This document shows, piece after piece, positions 39,355-52,033 of a stretch of 64,000 bases of DNA. The notes under the pieces were generated by a model. It saw nothing but the letters and a program-made list of their open reading frames with translations. It did not search any database and was not told where the DNA came from. Numbering within the stretch: position 1 is the first letter of the stretch; each line of letters starts with the position of its first letter. The DNA lies in assembly GCF_009914755.1 (NCBI RefSeq), contig NC_060931.1. One strand, 5' to 3'. The translations under genes and the position numbers were made by a program. The DNA is from the human T2T-CHM13v2.0 reference genome, Homo sapiens.

Positions 39355-42300
39355 GCAGGTCAGGGAATGGGGTGCCCTACAGAGTTTCCAGAAGGCAACC
39401 ACGACAAAACCTAATACCAATTAGCTAATGACCATTCTACACACTTACACACATATGTATGTGCTCAGAAAGTGAGACACACTCAGTGAGAGACACACAC
39501 TACATACAATCACTCACACACACAGTGAGACACGGGCTCATACAGCAAGACAACACACATGCTCAGTGAGATACCACAATTCCACCAGCAGGGACCATCT
39601 CAGCAGAATGTGGCCATGCAGGGGCCTGTGCCTGCTGCTAGAGGCGACGAGGTCTCAGCCTCTAAGTACAAACCTTCCCACATACGAGGACAGAGAAACC
39701 TGGGGTGAATTCCACATAGTTCATCTAACAAACAGGCATCCCGAGCAAGTTGGGGTTTAACCGCATTGACTCTGGCAACCTGAACATGTGCTGGGTGTCC
39801 AAGTCCAGGGCTCAGAAGCAGCTGGAGAGCCCGGGACATGCACAGCATTCTCCTGGGGACGTCTCTCAGGACCTGTTACCCAGACGACCAAGACGAGATG
39901 CCCAGGACAGCCACAGCCCCCGGGAGAGCATGGGAGGTGCATGAGGGAGCTGTGGGGCCAGAGACTGGGGTCACAGCCATGGGGGAGCCGGGGGAGCCTG
40001 GGGAGCCCAGTGCTGTGAGGTTGCTTGGACACACTGGTCACGCCGGACACTGCCCCATGGTTTCCTGTCCAGCTGTTTCCTGGAATCTGGCTGCTAAAAA
40101 GAGAGCCATCTACACACTGTGTCTGAGGGACGCCAAGGACTCCTTCCTCCCCAGATGCTCCTTTTTCTTCTCCTCAGGGCCTCTGTCATCTCCCACTCAC
40201 CAAAGCCCCCCCTGTGCCAGTGATTTCCAGAAGCTGACTGGTGGGGGGGACATTTTCTACTTGCAGGGGAGGGAAGAGAAAGGGTCACCCTCCCCGCAAC
40301 AGAACTGACTCCTGGCTCAACCCCATTCTCCTCCAAGTCACAGCGTGGCTCTGTGATGACTGCTGGGCTGTCGGGTGTCCCTGGGGAAAGGAGTGCCAGG
40401 GCCTCCTGGGGATGGGGCACAGAGTGGCCAATTTTATGGATGATGGATGCTTCACCTGCTTCCAAAGGGGCTGCAGGCAGCGCAGGCATAAACACTCAGC
40501 TTAATAAAGACCAAGGCTGAGAAACAAGTAATCCAGGGGAAGAAAGGCAGAAAGATGGTGCTGCGCATCTGGTAATTGACTGTAATCTGGCATACTTCTG
40601 GGTGAGAGAAGCTAAGCAGGTGAGCACAAAATCTGGGAGTGAGATTGCCGACTCGGGACGAGAGAAACGCCTGACATGGCAGTGGCTCTGACTGTCTGGT
40701 GGCAGGAACCATGCAGTTCACCAGGAACACCAACGTCTCTCCTGGTCATGGGCCCCAAGATGCACTCAGGCGTGTCCTGGCTGAGAGACTTGGCGGAGCC
40801 TCCTCAGCAGCTTCAGGTGAGTTTTCTCAATGAGTTTCTTACCTCGCACCCTTCATGAAAACCAAGGACATAAGATCATGGGGGAGTCCTGTAAGGTCTA
40901 CCGAAGACTTACTCCAAAATGCAACGTGCAGAATCCTGCAGTGAGCAGGGGCATGGTTTGCGGAATATGGGCCTCCAGAAGCAGCTGTGTTCACATGGTC
41001 ATCTGACCAAGTCAGAGCCAAGTCTCAGGTCAGTGCTGAAAGGGCCCTGGGCTAACGGGCTGCGGCCAGAAAGACAGTGGCTGGCGGGGCAGATGGAGCC
41101 ATCAGACCCGGGGGGAGGGCAGGGGCTGCCACCACCACACGGCCCCCACGGGTCAGACCAAGGTTTTGTATTTCACAACCAGCGGATAATGAGTTGAGTT
41201 GTTCACTAAACTGACGCTCAGAACTCTTATTCATTTTCAGAACAGTAAAGTCAAAACTCCACGAGGACCTTAAAAAAAACCATATTCTGGATTTAATTAC
41301 AGATAAAAGAAATCTGACTTCTATTAAAAGAGGAGAAATTGCGTATTTAAAATGGAAATTACCCCAGAGCATGGGAATGGCACTGTCTTTCTGTCTTATT
41401 TTAGAATAAGAAATTATGTGGCCATTCAATTCTTGAAGAAAATGTTTTTAAAAGGGAAGAGGTGGATGGGCAGGAATGCATGCAAAGAGTTTCGTTCAGG
41501 GAAAGATCCTGCCCTGGCTCTCTAACCTCACACAGGGACGGGCTTTCTTTCCATGCCTCAGTTTACCTATGTGTCCCACGTCCCTCTGACATGACGTTGT
41601 ATGTTTCCATTTATTTCCTCTGAAAATCACATAATATGCTGCTTTGTTTCTCTAGCAAGGAATGGCTGTGAGCTTGGGGGTCTTGAGGCTCGGAGGCATC
41701 ACAAAAAATAAGACTCCGTCAGCAAGATGGTGTGCCCCCTCTGCCTCCCTCTCCGTTCCCAACCACCAGCCTGGGATGGCACCTTCCATGAGGTGGATGA
41801 GTCCCCTCCATTCAAGGCCTTCTCTGCAAACAGCCACCCTTCTGGCTCCAGGATGAAATGAGGCTCTAAATATGGGCTGCCAGGCTCAGGGCCAGGGCCG
41901 ACAGGCACACTGACCTGCAGCATGGCTACCCCAGGCTCTCTCTGGCAGTTTTGCCACAGAATGTGCTCTAAGCTGTGCTGCTTCCTTTCCTTCAACCACC
42001 TCCCAACTCCTCAGTATGGAAGGGCTCTGAGTGCTCAAAGGAACACAGCCTTTTCAGCTGGTGTCACAAGACATTTACAAAACACCGTGGAGAAATTCCA
42101 AAACCAGGCACTGTAGAGAGACAGAAAGTAGTTTTCCCTACAGGAGAACGTTAACGCTAAGATCGGCTTTAGAAAACACACACCTGACACCTGAGTTGTG
42201 GTGACTCTCACCTGGTGAAGTCCCTTACGAATACATCCTTACCCAGATTGTATACTTTATGGGAAAATTAATAATGCCAAGCAGACGGCAAGGCTGGCAG

Positions 42301-42959
42301 GTGACTCTGGACCTCAGGATGTGACACAAAGGACTGGTCCTCGTGACTTGAGCACATCCCTGGGACATATGGGGTGGCTGAGGGCTCTGCAGAGAGAAAC
42401 ACTTCCTCAGTGGGGCCCTAGGCCTGTCAAGCGGGAAATAAAGACGAAATCTTAAGCAGATTTTCAATCATCTTCCTTCAATATCAGCAAATCCCACAAA
42501 AATTACAGTAGGGAGTAGTTATAGGTTGAAAGGTTAGAGCTGGGGAGAAAAGCAGGCTATATTTTCCTGTTTTCATGAAATTTCTCTTCTTACACCTGGC
42601 ACCTAAGCAGCCTGCTGCTGTAGTTACTGTTCAGGTTACTATGGCCACAGGAGGGCTGAGGCATGTTAGATGGGTGGAGGGCAAGGGAAGGGTTGAGATG
42701 CAATTCTTATTTCCACGTATGTGATAATGCTGTTGCAATGCTTTTCAGCGAAGCCTCCTCCTGCACCCAGGGTGTCTCCTGATGCAGAGGGGCCGTTTCC
42801 AATGCCTTGCAGTCGTCTACCTTCCCTGCCGCTGCTCCGGCCAGCAGGCATTTGCTGAGTGTCTACTGTGGAGGAGCTCCCAGCTGGCAGGGGGCAGGGG
42901 TTTGTCTTCAGGAGCTCTTGGACTGCAGCTGTGAGTGGTACTCGGCTCCAGTGCCATTG

Positions 42960-43102
42960 AGGTCCCTGGGGGCTGCTCCCAATGGCTTGCTGGCCTTGCC
43001 TCCAGGACATGTTCTGAACCTCTGGGGTGGGGCCCAAGAGTCTGCGTTTTTAACGACCTCCAGCTGGTGCTCAGGGGCCCCGTTTGCAGAACTGCTGTTC
43101 TA
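42960..43102. mobile_element. MER5A-like hAT-Charlie fragment
   Basis: CTCTGGGGTGGGGCCCAAGAGTCTGCGTTTTTAAC...TTTGCAGAACTGCTG. Confidence 0.6.
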
Positions 43103-43287
43103 CAATCTTGAGAAAAGGTTTCTGTAACGGGCTGGAGAGTGAGTGTCGGAGGCTTTGTGGGTCGGGCAGTCCACCGTGACCACGCAGCTCTGCCTGTGGC
43201 GAAAGCTGCCAGAGACAAGGCGTGAAGGAGTGAGCGAGTGACAGAGTGAGTGAGTGAGCACTGTTCCCACCAGGCTTCCTTCCCAGA

Positions 43288-43438
43288 GCAGCACACCGGG
43301 TCAGGCCGGGCCGCGGGCAGCACACCGGGTCGGGTCAGGCTGGGCCGTGGGCAGCACACTGGGTCACGCTGGGCCATGGGCAGCACACTGGGTCACGCCG
43401 GGCCATGGGCAGCACACCAGGGCAGGCCGGGTCATGGT
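43288..43438. repeat. 29-bp GC-rich minisatellite, 5 copies
   Basis: GCAGCACAC(C/T)GGGTCA(G/C)GC(C/T)GGGCCATGG at 43288, 43317, 43351, 43380, 43409. Confidence 0.9.
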
Positions 43439-44717
43439 GTGCTTAGAATTTGGTGAGGCGGCAGGGTCGGGGCAGACAGGGTGGGGTCTGAGGACAGCCG
43501 CTGAGGCTCTTCCTGTGGGGTGGCATGGACCTTGCAGCTGGGAGATGGCAGGACCGGGTATGGGGAAAGGAGGGAGGAAGGCAGGCATGCTGGGCTGGAG
43601 GAGAGCTGAGCCAGGGTGGGCAACAGGACTTGGTGGGGGTCCAGGCTGTGCAGTCCCAGGGGAAGAACGGCCCATGCCAGCGGCCCTGACTGAGCAGAGC
43701 AGGCCAGAGCGTGGGGACTTCATCCCTCAGTGTCCCTGTCACTCCTTCAACATGAAGGAGAAAGCCATGAAACGACGCAGGTGGCTGTCTGATCAGGCCC
43801 ACTGGGTGCTGAGCTTGCTGTCCCCGTGGGGTGCCCGTGCTCATGGCAGCCGAGGGTACGGTGCAGTGCACAGGAGGCCCAGGCCACAGCTCCCACGCCA
43901 GGACCATTAGGGACCCAGTGCAGTGGCTGGACTGCAGCTGGGGCAGGAGCTGCTGAGGAGGTGGGTGCCCAGCACCACCTTTGCACTCGGCACCACCTTT
44001 GCACTCAGCAGAACGGAGGCCGCGTCCTCAGGGAAGCATGGGCCTGCATTGGTACGGCTTCACTTTAAAAATGCATCATCAAACCCCGCAAACCACTGGA
44101 ACCGGGTGCCTATTGAATGTGAGCACTCAGCCCAAATCATCACTGTGAACTAAGGTATCTACACCTGCTTCATTCTAAACAGAAATGCAGATCTCTCTAA
44201 GCAGGAAGCACCTTAAGCTCCTGCCACCAGCATTCATTGGGGGATGTCATTTTGGTCGGTCAAGGGCTGTGAAGCTGATGGGATTTTCAATTTGTACCAT
44301 TTTATACCACATGAGGAAATTGTGTAATTACTTTTGCCCATGACTTCTCATTCTTAACTTGCTTTCTCATGGATTACAACTGTAATAAGACAAGGTGTTG
44401 ATAGAGTGCAAACTGTCTTTAAATTTAAAAGGTCTAATTGTACATCCACCTTTAATCAGTGCTAAAATATCAACACAGATTGAAACTTCCCTTCCCAAGC
44501 TGCCTGCCAGAGGATGTGATAACCCTGCTGCCGACACCATCTTCACGTGCTCTCTGTAAGCCGTGGGCTTTGCATCATACGAATCATCGCATCTCGTTAG
44601 TGAAGCGGCCTCATCTTGACACTGAAGACAGTCCAGGGAGGAGTGAGCAGCACTGCAAGAAGATGTCTTAGTGCCTGACACGGTGGGTCTTATCAGCTCA
44701 AGATCCTCTCCCATTCT

Positions 44718-45022
44718 TTTTAAACAAAATTTTTAGAGATAGGGTCACGCTCTATCACCCAAGCTCAGGGGCAGTGGCATGGTTGTGACCATGGTTGTGA
44801 CAGATCACTGCAGCCTGGAACTCCTGGGCTCAAGAGATCCTCCCACCTCAACCTCCTGTGTGGGACTTACAGGTACATCACCACGCTTGGCTAAATTTTT
44901 AAATATTTTTGTGGAGATGGGGTCTCACTATGTTGCCCAGCCTGGTCTCAAACTCCTGGTAAGTGATGCTCCTGCCTTGGCCTCCCAAAGTGCTGGGATG
45001 ACAGGCATGGCCACCACACCCC
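44718..45022 (-). mobile_element. AluJ
   Basis: GAGATAGGGTCACGCTCT...CTCCTGGGCTCAAGAGATCCTCCCACCTCA...GGGGTCTCACTATGTTGCCCAG...CCCAAAGTGCTGGGATGACAGGCATG; AluJ diagnostics; small internal CATGGTTGTGAC duplication. Confidence 0.92.
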
Positions 45023-45160
45023 CACCTTCTCCATTCTTTACCCCCCAAAGTGCTGAGATGACAGGCTCGGCCGCCACGCCCCACCTCCTCCATTCTTAAC
45101 CCCCAAAGTGCTGGGATGACAGGCATGGCCACCACGCCCCACCTCCTCCATTCTTTACCC
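44984..45160. repeat. ~59-bp triplication of the Alu 5' end plus flank
   Basis: CCCAAAGTGCTG(G/A)GATGACAGGC...CCACC..CTCCATTCTT at 44984, 45044, 45102. Confidence 0.93.
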
Positions 45161-45384
45161 ACAATTGTTGCTATTCTTCTAACCCCATGACATCTTACTG
45201 TCTGCTTGTAGCCAAGTAAAGAACACTACTGAAAAGAGAGTACTTCATGAGGATTTGCCATGGCATCTTTCCCACTCCAGGCATTCGTGGGATGCCCAGG
45301 CACGCAAGGCCAATGGACATCTTGAGTGAGCAATGGCAACCAACAACTTATAAACTGCTCAGACTTTACATTTTGCTCTCACAT

Positions 45385-45560
45385 CAAATTATTCCCACTT
45401 CATTTGATCTGAATGCAGCCTCGCGGAGTGTAACTATTGGCCCTAGCTGACAGAGAAGGCACCCTGAGGTTTGAAAACAGTCAATGAGTCGTCCAAAGTC
45501 ACAAAACAAGCAAATAGCTGGGAGGGTGCTGTGAACTCAAGTTCTAAACTCCAAGCTCTT
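45385..45560 (-). mobile_element. MIR fragment
   Basis: TCATTTGATC...GACAGAGAAGGCACCCTGAGG...GTCCAAAGTCACA...TGAACTCAAG resembles the MIR core. Confidence 0.5.
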
Positions 45561-45776
45561 GTTTTTCCTTCTTCCATTTTGCCAACCTCAGGTGCCATGA
45601 AGTGGCACAGAACATCCAGGCAGGGCTGGAGAGGCTGATACCTGACCTAGATTGGTGCCTAATCCATGGGGCACTGCACTATGGCCAACACAGCAGACAT
45701 CCAAAAGCAGGGACTGACCTAGAGTAAGGAGGCTCCATTGCCCTCAGCTTCAGTAGGTAAGCAGCCAACTGCTGTA

Positions 45777-47750
45777 GAGGTGCTCATGGTGATGGAGGTG
45801 CTCATGGTGGAGGTGCTCGTGGTGGTGGAGGTGCTCCTGGTGGTGGAGGTGCTCGTGGTGTGGAGGTGCCCGTGGTGGTGGAGGTGCCCCTGGTGGTGGA
45901 GGTGCCCGTGGTGGTGGAGGTGCTCGTGGTGGTGGACGTGCTCGTGGTGGTGGTGCTCGTGGTGGTGGAGGTGCCCGTGGTGGTGGAGGTGCCCGTGGTG
46001 GTGGAGGTGCTCCTGGTGGTGGAGGTGCCCGTGGTGGTGGAGGTGCTCCTGGTGGTGGAGGTGCTCCTGGTGGTGGAGGTGCCCATGGTGGTGGTGGAGG
46101 TGCCCGTGGTGGTGGAGGTGCCTGTGGTGGAGGTGCTCCTGGTGGTGGAGGTGCCCCTGGTGGTGGAGGTGCCCATGGTGGTGGAGGTGCTCCTGGTGGT
46201 GGAGGTGCCCGTGGTGGCGGAGGTGCCCCTGGTGGCGGAGGTGCCTGTGGTGTGGAGGTGCCCGTGGTGGTGGAGGTGCCCGTGGTGGTGGAGGTGCTCA
46301 TGGTGGAGGTGCCCGTGGTGGTGGAGGTGCCCGTGGTGGTGAAGGTGCCCGTGGTGGTGGAGGTGCCCATGGTGGTATGGAGGTGCCCGTGGTGGTGGTG
46401 GTGCCCATGGTGGTGGAGGTGCCCATGGTAGTGGAGGTGCCCATGGTGCTGGAGGTGCTCGTGGTGGTGGAGGTGCCCGTGGTGGTGGAGGTGCTCGTGG
46501 TGGTGGAGGTGCCCGTGGTGGTGGAGGTGCTCATGGTGGTGGAGGTGCTCGTGGTGGAGGTGCTCTTAGTATGGAGGTGCTCATGGTGGTGGAGGTGCTC
46601 GTGGTGGTGGAGGTGCCCGTGGTGGTGGAGGTGCTCGTGGTGGTGGAGGTGCTCGTAGTATGGAGGTGCCCGTGGTGGTGGAGGTGCTCGTAGTATGGAG
46701 GTGCCCGTGGTGGTGGAGGTGCTCGTGGTGGAGGTGCCCATGGTAGTGGAGGTGCCCATGGTGGTGGAGGTGCTCGTGGTGGTGGAGGTGCTCGTGGTGG
46801 TGGAGGTGCTCGTGGTGGTGGAGGTGCTCGTGGTGGAGTTGCTCCTGGTGGTGGAGGTGCTCGTGGTGGTGGAGGTGCTCGTGGTGGAGTTGCTCCTGGT
46901 GGTGGAGGTGCTCGTGGTGGAGGTGCTCGTGGTTGAGGTGCTCGTGGTGGTGGAGGTTCTCATGGTGCAGGTGCTCCTGGTGGAGATGCTCGTGGTGGTG
47001 GAGATGCTCGTGATGATGGAGGTGCTCCTGGTGGTGGAGGTGCTCCTGGTGGAGGTGCTCGTGGTGGAGGTGCTCGTGGTGGTGGAGATGCTCGTGGTGA
47101 TGGAGGTGCTCGTGATGATGGAGGTGCTCCTGGTGGAGGTGCTTGTGGTGGAGGTGCTCCTGGTGGTGGAGGTGCTCGTGGTGGTGGAGGTGCTCGTGGT
47201 GGAGTTGCTCCTGGTGGTGGAGGTGCTCGTGGTGGAGGTGCTCGTGGTTGAGGTGCTCGTGGTGGTGGAGGTTCTCATGGTGCAGGTGCTCCTGGTGGAG
47301 ATGCTCGTGGTGGTGGAGATGCTCGTGATGATGGAGGTGCTCCTGGTGGTGGAGGTGCTCCTGGTGGAGGTGCTCGTGGTGGAGGTGCTCGTGGTGGTGG
47401 AGATGCTCGTGGTGATGGAGGTGCTCGTGGTGGTGGAGGTGCTCCTGGTGGAGGTGCTTGTGGTGGAGGTGCTCCTGGTGGTGGAGGTGCTCGTGGTGGT
47501 GGAGGTGCTCATGGTGGAGGTGCTCGTGGTGATGGAGGTGCTTGTGGTGGTGGAGGTGCTCCTGGTGGAGGTGCTCGTCGTATGGAGGTGCCCGTGGTGG
47601 AGGTGCTCGTGGTGGTGGAGGTGCTCGTCGTATGGAGGTGCTCATGGTGGAGGTGCTCGTGGTGGTGGAGGTTCCCGTGGTGGTGGAGGTGCTCGTGGTG
47701 GTGGAGGTGCTCGTAGTATGGAGGTGCTCATGGTGGTGGAGGTGCTCATG
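45777..47750. repeat. 2-kb G-rich VNTR, 15/18-bp units (GGT)1-2GGAGGTGC(T/C)C(G/C/A)T
   Basis: More than 100 units of GGTGGTGGAGGTGCTCGT and variants; 315-bp higher-order duplication. Confidence 0.98.
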
Positions 47751-48716
47751 TAGGATCTAAATGCCATTCAGTTGAACCTTTTGGTTCTGCTGACCAGCGT
47801 GCATTTAACCCACTCATCCTCACCCAAGGACTCTTGTCCAATAATGCAAATACGTAGAATGCTGTCCTGGCCGATAAGTCCGAGGCCTGATGGTGTGCAG
47901 TGCCCTCCTTATTAAGAACGATTACAGGGCCAGGGGACTCAGATGCCAGCCTTGCCGTGTGAATCATCATGTAAATTTTCAAGAATGGGCCTTCAGAGCT
48001 TTGGCATTCCCGTGCTGGGAGGAAAAGTGCAAAGAATCAGATGCAAGGCCTGAGAGCCCAGGGGCCTTGGGCAGGTGTTGACCAGGTAAGACCTGCCTGT
48101 GACAAGCGTCCCCAGCAGACAAGCTTCTGAGCAATTGTTTCCCAAGTGCTGAATAGCCTCATGCTGGTCCCAAGTGCTCAGGGACCCCTCCCTACCCATC
48201 CCAGGCAGCTCTCGGACTTCACTGAACCTCCCCTGCCTTCCAACCAAGAGCTGCTTCTCCGGAGTCCTGGTGTCAGGAGGAACTTTCCTGGGCTCACCAA
48301 GGTGACTCTGTGTTAGTCTGATCAACTGTGCACTCACAGGGGACACCAACTGCTAAGGGGTTTGTGCCACACACTCCAGCTGCTGTGTAGCCCTGTAGGG
48401 TCCCCAAAGCACAAGGAGACAACAAGGGAGAGTTTCAGATGCCAACGGGCTGGCGGAACATAATTTTTTAAATAATTGAGCCCTTCAGAGTCTCTCAAAA
48501 GTCATAATATTTGGACAATTCATGTCTCAAGACCTGAGCTTGTCCCAAGGGGCCCATAGGTATGGCAGAGCAGGAGAAACCCTCTGCCCTGCCCAAGATG
48601 GCCCAGGCTTGTGACCTGGTGCAGCTACAGGGCAGGACTCCTGGGCCGACCACCAGGGACAGAGGGCAGTGGCTCGGCTGTAGCTGAGGCAGGATCTGCT
48701 GGGGAGGTAGGTGCCC

Positions 48717-48798
48717 AGCACCATCTTTGCACTCTCCATCACCTTTGCACTCAGCACCACCTTTGCACTCAGCACCATCTTTGCACTCAGAACCATCT
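48717..48798. repeat. 18-bp tandem repeat, ~4.5 copies
   Basis: CAGCACCA(C/T)CTTTGCACT; the same unit occurs twice at 43970-44010. Confidence 0.9.
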
Positions 48799-49147
48799 CG
48801 GCTCCTCTGCCCCTACTGCTTCTGTCGAGTTGCCATGGGAACTGATATTGGTAGAAGAACTCCCAAGAAGTGGCTTCTGGCAGACATCGGCCTCCCCTCA
48901 GCTCAGAGACAGCCTGTGAGCCGCGGCTGCAGGAGGAAGGAGCATGGTGGGCACCTGTGTGCTGGCTGGAAGTTGTGTCTCCAGGTGCCCGGGGGAGGGT
49001 GTGGGCCCATGCGTTGGCTTCAGGGCCGCACTGGCCTCTCCCTGCAGGCTCCAAGTGCACCTTCCTCGGGCACCCCTTGCTTTCCTCCTTCAGGTCTCAA
49101 AGCTATGCCCTGCCCAGCTGCCCTGCAGAACACAGCCCTGATTTAAA

Positions 49148-49343
49148 ATGAGCCACTTTCTGCTCCGGTATAAAGACACTACCCTTTCTATGCGGAGATG
49201 AAGCCGCTTCCTACTAAGGTATGAAGACACTGCCCTTTCTATGCGGAGATGAGGCCGCTTCCTACTAAGGTATAAAGACACTACCCTTTCTATGCGGAGA
49301 TGAGGCCGCTTCCTACTAAGGTATGAAGACACTGCCCTTTCTA
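49148..49343. repeat. 51-bp tandem repeat, ~4 copies (ABAB)
   Basis: GGTAT(A/G)AAGACACT(A/G)CCCTTTCTAT at 49167, 49218, 49269, 49320. Confidence 0.93.
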
Positions 49344-51877
49344 TTCAGAGGTGAGGGAAAGAGTGGAAACAGCATTCGCTTATGGACAAAGAGGAAAAGA
49401 AAAGGCTGTGAAAACAGGCATGGCAGCCTCGCATCATGGAAGGACCAGGGCTTCAACACAGCAAAACAGAGAGCCAAGTGGACAGCAGGCTCCTCCAGCA
49501 AAACCTGAGGCCTCGTCCCCCAGGCCCACAGCCCAGCGGCATCTTCACCAGCAGACGCGGCTCCCCTGGGACTCCCCTCCAGCACAGCTCATCTCCAGTG
49601 GGCTAGGACGGCTACCACAGGAGGACATACGTGTCCTGGCCACAGCCGCCAGCCATCCTGCCGTCCTCCCGTCAGTCTCTAACCCCACGGGGCCTGGGGC
49701 AGTGAAGACAGAAACCCATGTGCAGGGAAGAGTAATACTTGGGAAACTCAGCGACGCCCACAGTGTGCTCCATGACCGTCACACCGTCAGCAAAACCCCC
49801 TCCTGCACATCCAGGGTACAGGGCCTTCTGCTGGATTTCACCTGCCCCGGCAGCCGACTGCACCAGCATCACAGCCTCCTGCCGACGATCCCTCTGCTGG
49901 GAGGCTGGGCGTTCCGTGGAGAGAACAGCTGAGACCCCCTCGGCAGCTTCCCAGGCAACAGAAGGCGCAGGGAGGTGGTGGTGATTCACTGTGTTTCTAA
50001 CAGGTCCTCTGGCCACGGAAGCCTCCTGCACATGTGAAAGCCTGCAGAGAATCCCACGCACTTCAAAACTCTCACTCATGTTTTTCAGAAGCGGGTTTTA
50101 CAACTTTTGGCATGAAAAGGTCTTAGTGGCATTTCTATGGGTGTTTATCTAGGCTGCTCCCAAACCCCAGCCAACTAGGGGTGAGCTCCCGTGGCCACCT
50201 GTGACAGTCAGCCCCTCGCAGTAGACGTGCCGACGTGGCTCCCGAGGTGGAGGGGAAGCTGGAGGCCCTGGGGGCTCTTCTCCCTGATCAGGGTATGAAT
50301 TCTAAATGAACGTGAAAGTGAGGATGAAATGGAACCTGCTCTCCCCAGCAGTGAGTTGGAGGGGGGCCAGGTGCTCCCCAGCAGTGAGTCGGAGGGGACA
50401 AGGCAGCACCCTCTGCCAGCAGGATCAGCATTGCTCGTTCATTTGCAGGTGAGAACGAGCTGCTCCCATGAGTGGTATGTCCAGTGCATAAACCCCCTCT
50501 GTGTAAAAATAAACACAGAAAAGTGGCTGCTGAGCAACGCAGTTTCCTAGCCCTTGGTTTAGCAGTATCCCCGAGTGTCCCCCACATGCGGCTCCTGGCG
50601 TTCCACGCTGGTAGCCCTGTCGATGGCGATGCAATTATTTTCTACCACAGCGTTGTGTTGTCTGCGCTCAGGGTAAAGCCATGATGAAGGCGGCTTTCGG
50701 GACTTGTAATTACAGAGCCATGGGTGGCCTCTGTCCTCGCAGCCGGGAAGGTCAGCACAGGTCCTGGGTGCTGCCAGCCCTGAGCTCCACTCCTGCAAAC
50801 ACTTGTCAAAATGCCAGAAGTAATTACCTGGCTGTTCAGAATGGAGTCATGGGGTGCAGCTCCTACCATCTCCGATTCCCTAAAGCCTCCATCCAAACCG
50901 AAACTTGTTTACAACCTCCTGGGGCTGCAGCCACAGGGCACCTGCTCTTTGGCAGCAGAACCTCGCCATAGTCCTTACCAATGTTCCTGTCTGCTGGTCT
51001 CTCCGGCAGCCCAGGGGAGGCGCTCCCGTGCAGGTGGGAGTTCTTGTTCCATGTCCAGCCCACGTGGCCCTGGACACAAGCTGGGGCTGGTTCACACACT
51101 GCAGGCCCCCTCCCCGCCCCCAACGCAGCAGGTCCAGCAGGAGACGGGCACTGAGCCTGCGGGGCCCACTGTGCAGACCCCACCAGCACCACCGGCCCAC
51201 GCTTCCCACGCCGCGCCCTCCACTTCTTCATCTTTTTCTCTTAGAGGCTCCTCTTTTTAGTTACTCCTCATCGTCTGTGTCTGTGCCGTGAGTCAGGGAT
51301 GTTCTAAGAGCAGGAGGAGAGCGTGGTGCTTCCCTCTGAGCATCTCCCTCGCCCACTCTGGGTGACACCTCAGCCAGGCGAGCTGTGGGATCGTCAACCT
51401 CATGGCTGCGGAGCAGCAGGATGAGCACGAGCCCCACGCCAGCCACAGCTGGAGCCCAGGAGCCCCCAGCCTGCGTTGATCCTGGCAGCAGCTCAGCTCC
51501 ATGGAGGACGTGACACAGCGGCCCACGTGCAGCGGAACCTGGAGCCGGGCTGCCCAGGCCACACCTCCAGTCTCACTGCTCTGGCGCTGTTTCTCAGCTG
51601 CACCCTGGAGGTCTGGCGAAGGGGAGCGCTGGGATCCCTGTGCCTGGAAGACCCTTGAGGAGAGTGCAGGTCCTTGGAGAGTCACTTTCATCAGTCTGAC
51701 AGGTGTCTCATTCACCTGCACATGGAGGCAATTTTCTCAGCAAGTGGCTGTTTTGAACATTTCCAAAGCATCCTCCTTCATTTCTAATAAGAGTGCAACT
51801 TCCCTTCCACACTCATGGCTCAGGAGTTCCTCTTGTCTTGCTCCAATCTCTTAATCATGAGGGTGGTACCGGAGCAC

Positions 51878-52033
51878 GGATGGGCTTCGGGCCCCACCAG
51901 TGCACAGCTCCACCCGGCCTGGCCTCCCTGGGGAGTGGGTGTGTGGGAGCGTGGATGGCTTTAGGCCCCACTGCTGGTGACCAGCATGCAGCTCCACCTG
52001 GCGTGGCCTCCCTGGGGAGCTGGTGCATGGGAG
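51878..52033. repeat. Diverged two-copy tandem duplication (~83 bp)
   Basis: GGCCCCAC...CAGCTCCACC(C/T)GGC(C/G)TGGCCTCCCTGGGGAG...TGGGAG occurs twice. Confidence 0.8.

Noticed and set aside
45738-47760. Mucin-like Thr/Ser, poly-HEHL and poly-VEV ORFs (up to 404 aa)
   Set aside because: Units of 15/18 bp keep frames open on both strands; no signal peptide, unique domain or splice structure.
37776-48092. Scattered consensus splice donors (about 37781, 40818, 48085)
   Set aside because: Could not be paired with acceptors and frames into a coherent transcript.
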